Positions 58,601-64,000 of a stretch of DNA of 64,000 bases are shown here, piece after piece. The stretch is from Chlorokybus atmophyticus (Eukaryota; Plantae; Mesostigma and Chlorokybus algae). The translations under genes and the position numbers were made by a program. The stretch's first letter is position 1. Each line of letters starts with the position of its first letter. The DNA lies in assembly GCA_009103225.1 (NCBI GenBank), contig RHPI01003516.1:148062-212061 (forward strand). The letters run 5' to 3'. Below the pieces are notes generated by a model. The model searched no databases and was not told where the DNA came from. It was given only the letters and a program-made list of their open reading frames with translations.

Positions 58601-58689
58601 GCTCAAGTTTGATCGATGCAGTGGATGTGTATACGTTTAGTTGTAGGATGCAGCGTTTTTGCAACAGATGCATAATGCACGGGTGTCAT

Positions 58690-59350
58690 GCTGTTGGCCT
58701 TCCGCTGCAACACCAGATCCGCATGCAGCTGACAGCATCCCTGAAAATTGTACCATGCTCTGTGTTGCAATTGCTTTGCGAGTGTAGCCTGTCTCAGCAA
58801 TGTACTCAATTTGCTTGCTCGCATGGATGCAGCATGCTTAGGAAGCCACCCAACCATCATTTTCTTGACAGGGCAGCACGGAGAGAGCCGCAGTGATATA
58901 CGACGCAATAATACATCATTTGCAGCATCCACCATTGATTGCAACAGCGCGTCTCGGCGCTGTCTCGTCCGCTCGAAACGCTTGTTATTTATTTTATTTC
59001 TTCCCTGGGCACACTGCCTGCACCAAGAGGACAGGCTAGTGCGCATAGCCTCGCCTAGCAGTGACTATAGTCAGCTAATGATGCATGGCTTGTCACATAG
59101 CCTTACCCAACTAGGGATAGCTGTGCGGCAAACGGTTGGTTGGTTGCCTATGACAGGGGGCGATGTGGTTGCACATGCCCGATTACATGGGTAGAGACTT
59201 GCCATCATGTGTAGTGTACGACTGTAGAGTACAAGTGTAGAGTACAAGTGTTGCTAGACAATAATACACACGTCATTTGGATGGCAGTTTGTATGCTTTC
59301 ATATGAAGAGGATGGGACATCCTGGTCCACCCTGCTTCGGGTGTAAGTGA
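58690..59350 (+). pseudogene. Internally deleted duplicate of the ~54690-55870 locus
   Basis: Shares GAGAGCCGCAGTGAT, CTCGGCGCTGT, CTATAGTCAGC, ACCCAACTARG-ATAGCTGT-CGGCAAA and GGATGGGACATC, but lacks most of the ORF middle. Confidence 0.65.
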
Positions 59351-59351
59351 G

Positions 59352-62300
59352 TCAACCGAAATTGTACATGTATAAATCAGAAGCCAGCTGGCGCCCTACC
59401 CGTGCAGTCAAAACTTTGTCAGGAAGGCAGGACGACGCCAAGTTGTCGCACCCAAGTAGGTCCAACTGTTGCAGAGCAGCGAGGTTGCCGAAGGACTCCG
59501 GCAGCGACGCCAAGCTGTAGCACCCAAATAGGTCCAACTGTTGCAGAGCAGCGAGGTTGCCGAAGGACTCCGGCAGCGACGCCAAGCTGTAGCACCCAAA
59601 TAGGTTCAATTTTTGCAGAGCAGCGAGGTTGCCGAAGGACTCCGGCAGCGACGCCAAGCTGTAGCACCCAAATAGGTCCAACTGTTGCAGAGCAGCGAGG
59701 TTGCCGAAGGACTCCGGCAGCGACGCCAAGCTGTAGCACCCAAATAGGTCCAACTGTTGCAGAGCAGCGAGGTTGCCGAAGGACTCCGGCAGCGATGCCA
59801 AGTGGTCGCACTCGGATAGGTGCAGAATATGCAGAGCAGCCAGGTTGCCGAAGGACTCCGGCAACGCCAAGCCTTTGCACCCGAATAGGTCCAGAGTGAA
59901 GGACTTTGGCAGCGATGCCAAGCTGCACCTGGTTAAGAGCAGATTTTGCAGAGCAGCGAGGTTGCCGAAGGACTCCGGCAACGATGTCAAGTTGTCGCAC
60001 CCGGTTAGGTCCAGAATATGCAGAGCAGCCAGGTTGCCGAAGGACTCCGGCAACGCCGCCAAGCTTTTGCACCCGATTAGGCCCAGAATATGCAGAGCAG
60101 CCAGGTTGCCGAAGGACTCCGGCAGCAACGCCAAATTGTCACACTCGGTTAGGTCCAGCTCTTGCAGCTTAGCGAGGTTGCTGAAGGACTTTGGCAGCGA
60201 TGCCAAGCTGCACCAGATTAGGACCAGATGTTGCAGAGCAGCGAGGTTGCCGAAGGACTCCGGCAGCGACGCCAAGTTGTCGCACCCGGTTAGGTCCAAC
60301 TTTTGCAGAGCAGCGAGGTTGCCGAAGGACTCCGGCAGCGACGCCAAGTTGTCGCAACACCCCGAGTCCAACCTTTGCAGAGCAGCGAGGTTGCCGAAGG
60401 ACTCCGGCAGCGACGCCAAGCTGCAGCAACTCAAGTCCAACCCTTGCAGAGCAGCGAGTTTGCCGAAGGACTCCGGCAACGTCGCCAAGCTTCTGCACCC
60501 ACTCAGGTTCAGCGCTTGCAGCTCAGCGAGTTTGCTGACAGACTCGGGGAGCATGCTCAAACGCCATGCAGTGAGATGCAGAGCCTGTAGCCTAGTAAGC
60601 TCGCCAAGCGCAGGCACCTCCTTAAGATCTAGACGGTTCTGTCTGTAATTGCCAGTGGGGTAGACCCGCAGCTCCAGGACTTGCAGCTCCTTGAGGTTTC
60701 CTAAGAACTCAGTCCGCAGCCTTTTGACATTGAATCTGGTGATGTTTACATGTACGATGAGGACGACCAATGTTGTGTGTGCAGCGGCATTGCATAAGAA
60801 ATTGTTCAAGGCTGAACAGCTCGCACTTTTCCACTCCAGATATACAAGGTCTTTTAAAACCCACTTGGTCACGAAAAATGCTTTTCTGATTGTTTGCACG
60901 AAAGAGTCGCACGCAGTGGTTGCACGCAAGAGTCGCACGCAGCAGCCTTCTTTCTTCCTTGTTTCTCTTTGTTGTTGGCACGCAAGAGCGTGAGTGTAAA
61001 CTTCGCCATCCCAATCAATCTTGCCAAGGTCCAGCATGCGGAGGCGAGGCATGAAGGCCATGCCTCGTAATGGTGGGCAGTTGACACCAGTCCAGGACAT
61101 AGTCTCGGCGTTGTCAAAGCCCTGCATGCAACAACAACAACCCAATGATCAGCAAAACCCACGTGTTCACTCCACCAGCATGTTGTAACATACTCCTAGG
61201 ACACCGTGGATTGCAAGTTCTTATTGGATGCATGCATGCAGCAATCCTTGACAGGCCAGTAGAAAGGGACATGAGGTGAAGGAACCAAGATGGAACGTGG
61301 GCATTGCAAGCACCTTCATGGATATGGCGCTCAATGCCTTTGGCGACCAGATGTGCCTGGGCGGGTTGGCACAGTTGGCAATCATTCGTCCCATGTCGCG
61401 AAGTTGGTCATGCACCGAAAGTATTGTAATTTTGCCACGACGCAGAGCTATATAACTCACATCCAAGCCCTGCCATTGGTGATCTTTGGACAAATCATCC
61501 AGGGCTCCACTTAAGCGAACGAGGGACCACTCCACCAGGCAATTCAGCGCATCTGACCCGCCCCACGCTGGAAGCAGCTTGTCCTTGCTCTTCCCCAACG
61601 CAAAGCAGCAGATATCCAAAAACACTTGCTGCGTCTCGGGTTGTAGGTAGTCGTAGCTGAGCTTGAGCTTGTCCCAGAGCTTGTTGTCAGCTGTACCTGC
61701 CACTGCGGTTGCCTGCTGCAGTCGCCACAATGCGTCTTTCCAAGCCTGTACATCACCCTTTCTGCGCGTGTGGAGAAAGGAGCCCACGACCTCCAGTGCA
61801 AGCGGCAGGCCCTCACACGCCTCGATGATATCTTCAACAATGGTCTTCAGATCTGCAGGCACTACTTCCGATCTGAAGGCATGTTGACAGAACAGTTCTC
61901 TAGGGTACTGACCATCGAGTGGACCAACATCCTCCACCAACGTATGCTTCTCATGCCCCTTGATTAAGTTGCAACTACGAGAGGTCACCAGCACACGACT
62001 GCCGGTACCAAGCAGAGGGCTGGCGTCCTCCAAACCGAAAGGACCAAGCAGGGCTGCTTCTTGATCGTTGCTCCAGATGTCATCAACAACGAGCAGCACC
62101 TTCTGCCCCTGCAAGCGTGCCTTGAGAGTTGCCTTTCCTTCAGCAATGGAGTTGAACTTATATGTAGAGTTGGGATCACTCCCAAGCTGTTCAAGCATCT
62201 GCTGTTGCAGCTGTACCAGCCTCCCATTGTTTTGGCATGGTTCGTTTCCGACCTCTAGAAAGCAGCAGCTGCCAGCAAATTCGCTGCGCAGCTTGTTGTA

Positions 62301-63207
62301 GATTGCCATTGCCAGCGTAGTCTTCCCAATGCCACCCATGCCCCATAGCCCTAGTAAGACGACCTTGCTTCCTCTGGTAGCAGCACTCAACTTCTCGAGT
62401 ACAGCTTTAACGCGGCGATCGATGTCCACCGGGTTTGCGGCAACATCCAAAGGTGGGCGGTCCAACGTTTCCAGCACGTCGTCCACCACTTTCTTGGCTA
62501 AACAAACCGGGTCACTGACAAACAATAGCAACCATCAGGAAACCACACATGACAACCTTAGTGGAGATGTTTCCCAGTGACACCTTACCCATTCTCAAGC
62601 CTCAGGCCCGTTTTTCCAAATGCTTTTGCGAGCGCATCACGGTATGCAGACTCATTCTGGATATATCGCTGCTGGCCACTCAGGCATGCGCTGAAAGCAC
62701 AAAACGTGTTTGTAACCAGGAACGCAGCTGCCTGACTGACAAGTGACAGAGTGTAGGAAAGAATGCTCACCTGCGTATACTTTGCTGAATTGTGACTTGT
62801 AGGCTGTCAAAGTCGTCATCGAAGAAGATGGGCTTGACGATGTTGGTTGGATTCTCCATCATGATGCGCAGCTCTTCCAGGCAGTACCAGGAGTCCCCGT
62901 AGTTACGTGACAGAACAGGCATTCTGATGCAAGCGGACTGTACATTTTGGGTGATCACAGTCCAGGCTTCGTCCCCGGGCTGCAAGCTGAGCTCATCCAC
63001 AAAGCAGGTCAAGTTCACTTGCTTCAGAAGGTGACTTAGAAAGTAAACGAAGTTCTTCTTGACGTCCCCTCTATGGCTCAAGAAAATGTCACTGCCAGGG
63101 CGAGGGATGGTCTTCGACGGAGTCCATTTGCCTGTGATGTCAACGTGTAAGTTGGTTGTCAGTGGACTCAAGGTGACTGTAGACAATGGCACTTGATGAA
63201 TTGAAAT
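59352..63207 (-). CDS. TIR-NB-ARC-LRR (TNL-like) immune receptor gene, 4+ exons; the 5' end may be frameshifted
   Basis: TIR exon (~63130-62771): DIFLSHRG, FVDELSLQPG, YCLEEL. Short exon ~62730-62591. NB-ARC exon (~62516-61313): GMGGIGKTT, LLVVDDIW, GSRVLVTSR, GLPLAL, FLDICCF, VHDQLRDMG. LRR exon 61121-59352. Confidence 0.92.
59440..60560 (-). repeat. About 16 tandem 69-72-bp coding LRR units (LPESFGNLAALQxLxLxxCxxLAS)
   Basis: Direct reading of the 59352-61145 translation. Confidence 0.95.
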
Positions 63208-64000
63208 CTGCAACCTTCTTGCACATCAAGCTGCAAAGAGTAGCGCGAAACACATGCGCAGCATATGCAGCACCACAATCAGAAAGGCGCATCTGTGTTG
63301 TTCACCAGCTTACCGTCCTGATTTGCATTTGGAGCAGACATTGAGACAACCAAGCAAGCTCCCCGGTGTTAGCCTGCAGCAACAAGTGTTACTTGAGCTC
63401 ACAATGCCTGTGCGCAACCATGACACACGCACGCAACCACATGTATAGGCTGCTGATACTCAAGTATATAGCTGCACTAGCAGCACGGTGCTTGCCAGCG
63501 GAATGCAATGGAGGGCATGGACTGCACACTGATGACAGGCAGCGTGTGCTTGTGCTACCTGCGCATGCAGTCTCTGGCCGCAACAATTCCGTGCGCAACT
63601 CTAACGACAATGCACCAAGCAAGCCCTAAAGTGAGTGTACCAAGAACCGTACATGGCTGCAGGCGAGTTCGACTCTACGCGCAATGTATCGTGAACGGCC
63701 ACTTGTAATAACTCACTACCTATGAGGCTGCGGCCTAGCACAATGATAAACTGAACGTTTGCCGACCAGTGGAGTGGTTTTCGCTGACGGATGCGCTTGG
63801 ACAATATGTAACGAAGTTAATTTCCTGCCATGGCGCTGCCGTCCAACGCCAGCACCGCCAGCTTGCAAGTGGCATGCATGTCTGTCAAGCATTGCATGGC
63901 CTATCTGCGTTTGGCTAGCTAGCTGGCATGCTGCTCTGGCATGTTTGCTCGCGACAACCAGCGGCGAGCAAACATGCCGCACACGACCAGAAACGGCAAC

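Noticed and set aside
59402-60648. Repetitive ORFs on the + strand and in other frames
   Set aside because: Shadows of the minus-strand LRR exon

Overview
Eukaryotic, intron-rich DNA with GT-AG introns and about 50% GC. It is probably from a green-lineage alga; a charophyte-like host is my inference from the plant-type KDM3, the TIR-NB-ARC-LRR gene and a DNMT3-bearing Gypsy. No rRNA, tRNA, CRISPR or prokaryotic operon was seen. Positions 5.5-50.2 kb are a five-level transposon nest. (1) An old Gypsy with a PHD-tipped integrase (5472-6153 + 48271-50200) is split by (2) a CACTA/EnSpm DNA transposon (6154-48264; about 21.5 kb without its inserts). That is split by (3) a chromovirus Gypsy (18190-38820, TSD GGGGG), which is split by (4) a Gypsy encoding a DNMT3-like methyltransferase inside its polyprotein (19305-33756, cut off at an N). 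That in turn is split by (5) a Copia (27399-32512, TSD TGCTG). The most striking item is the CACTA cargo. Once the chromovirus is removed, a spliced gene re-forms in frame that fuses a Tudor-like domain to an actinobacterial/phage-type C5 DNA methyltransferase. Alongside it are PHD-C5HCH/Ulp1, OTU-CCCH-Gag-like and TnpA-like genes, and three arrays of one shared ~25-bp motif. The nest is flanked on the left by a decayed KDM3-type JmjC demethylase gene. On the right are an unrecognised single-TM gene family and a TIR-NB-ARC-LRR gene. All domain calls come from motif recognition by eye; no database search was run.
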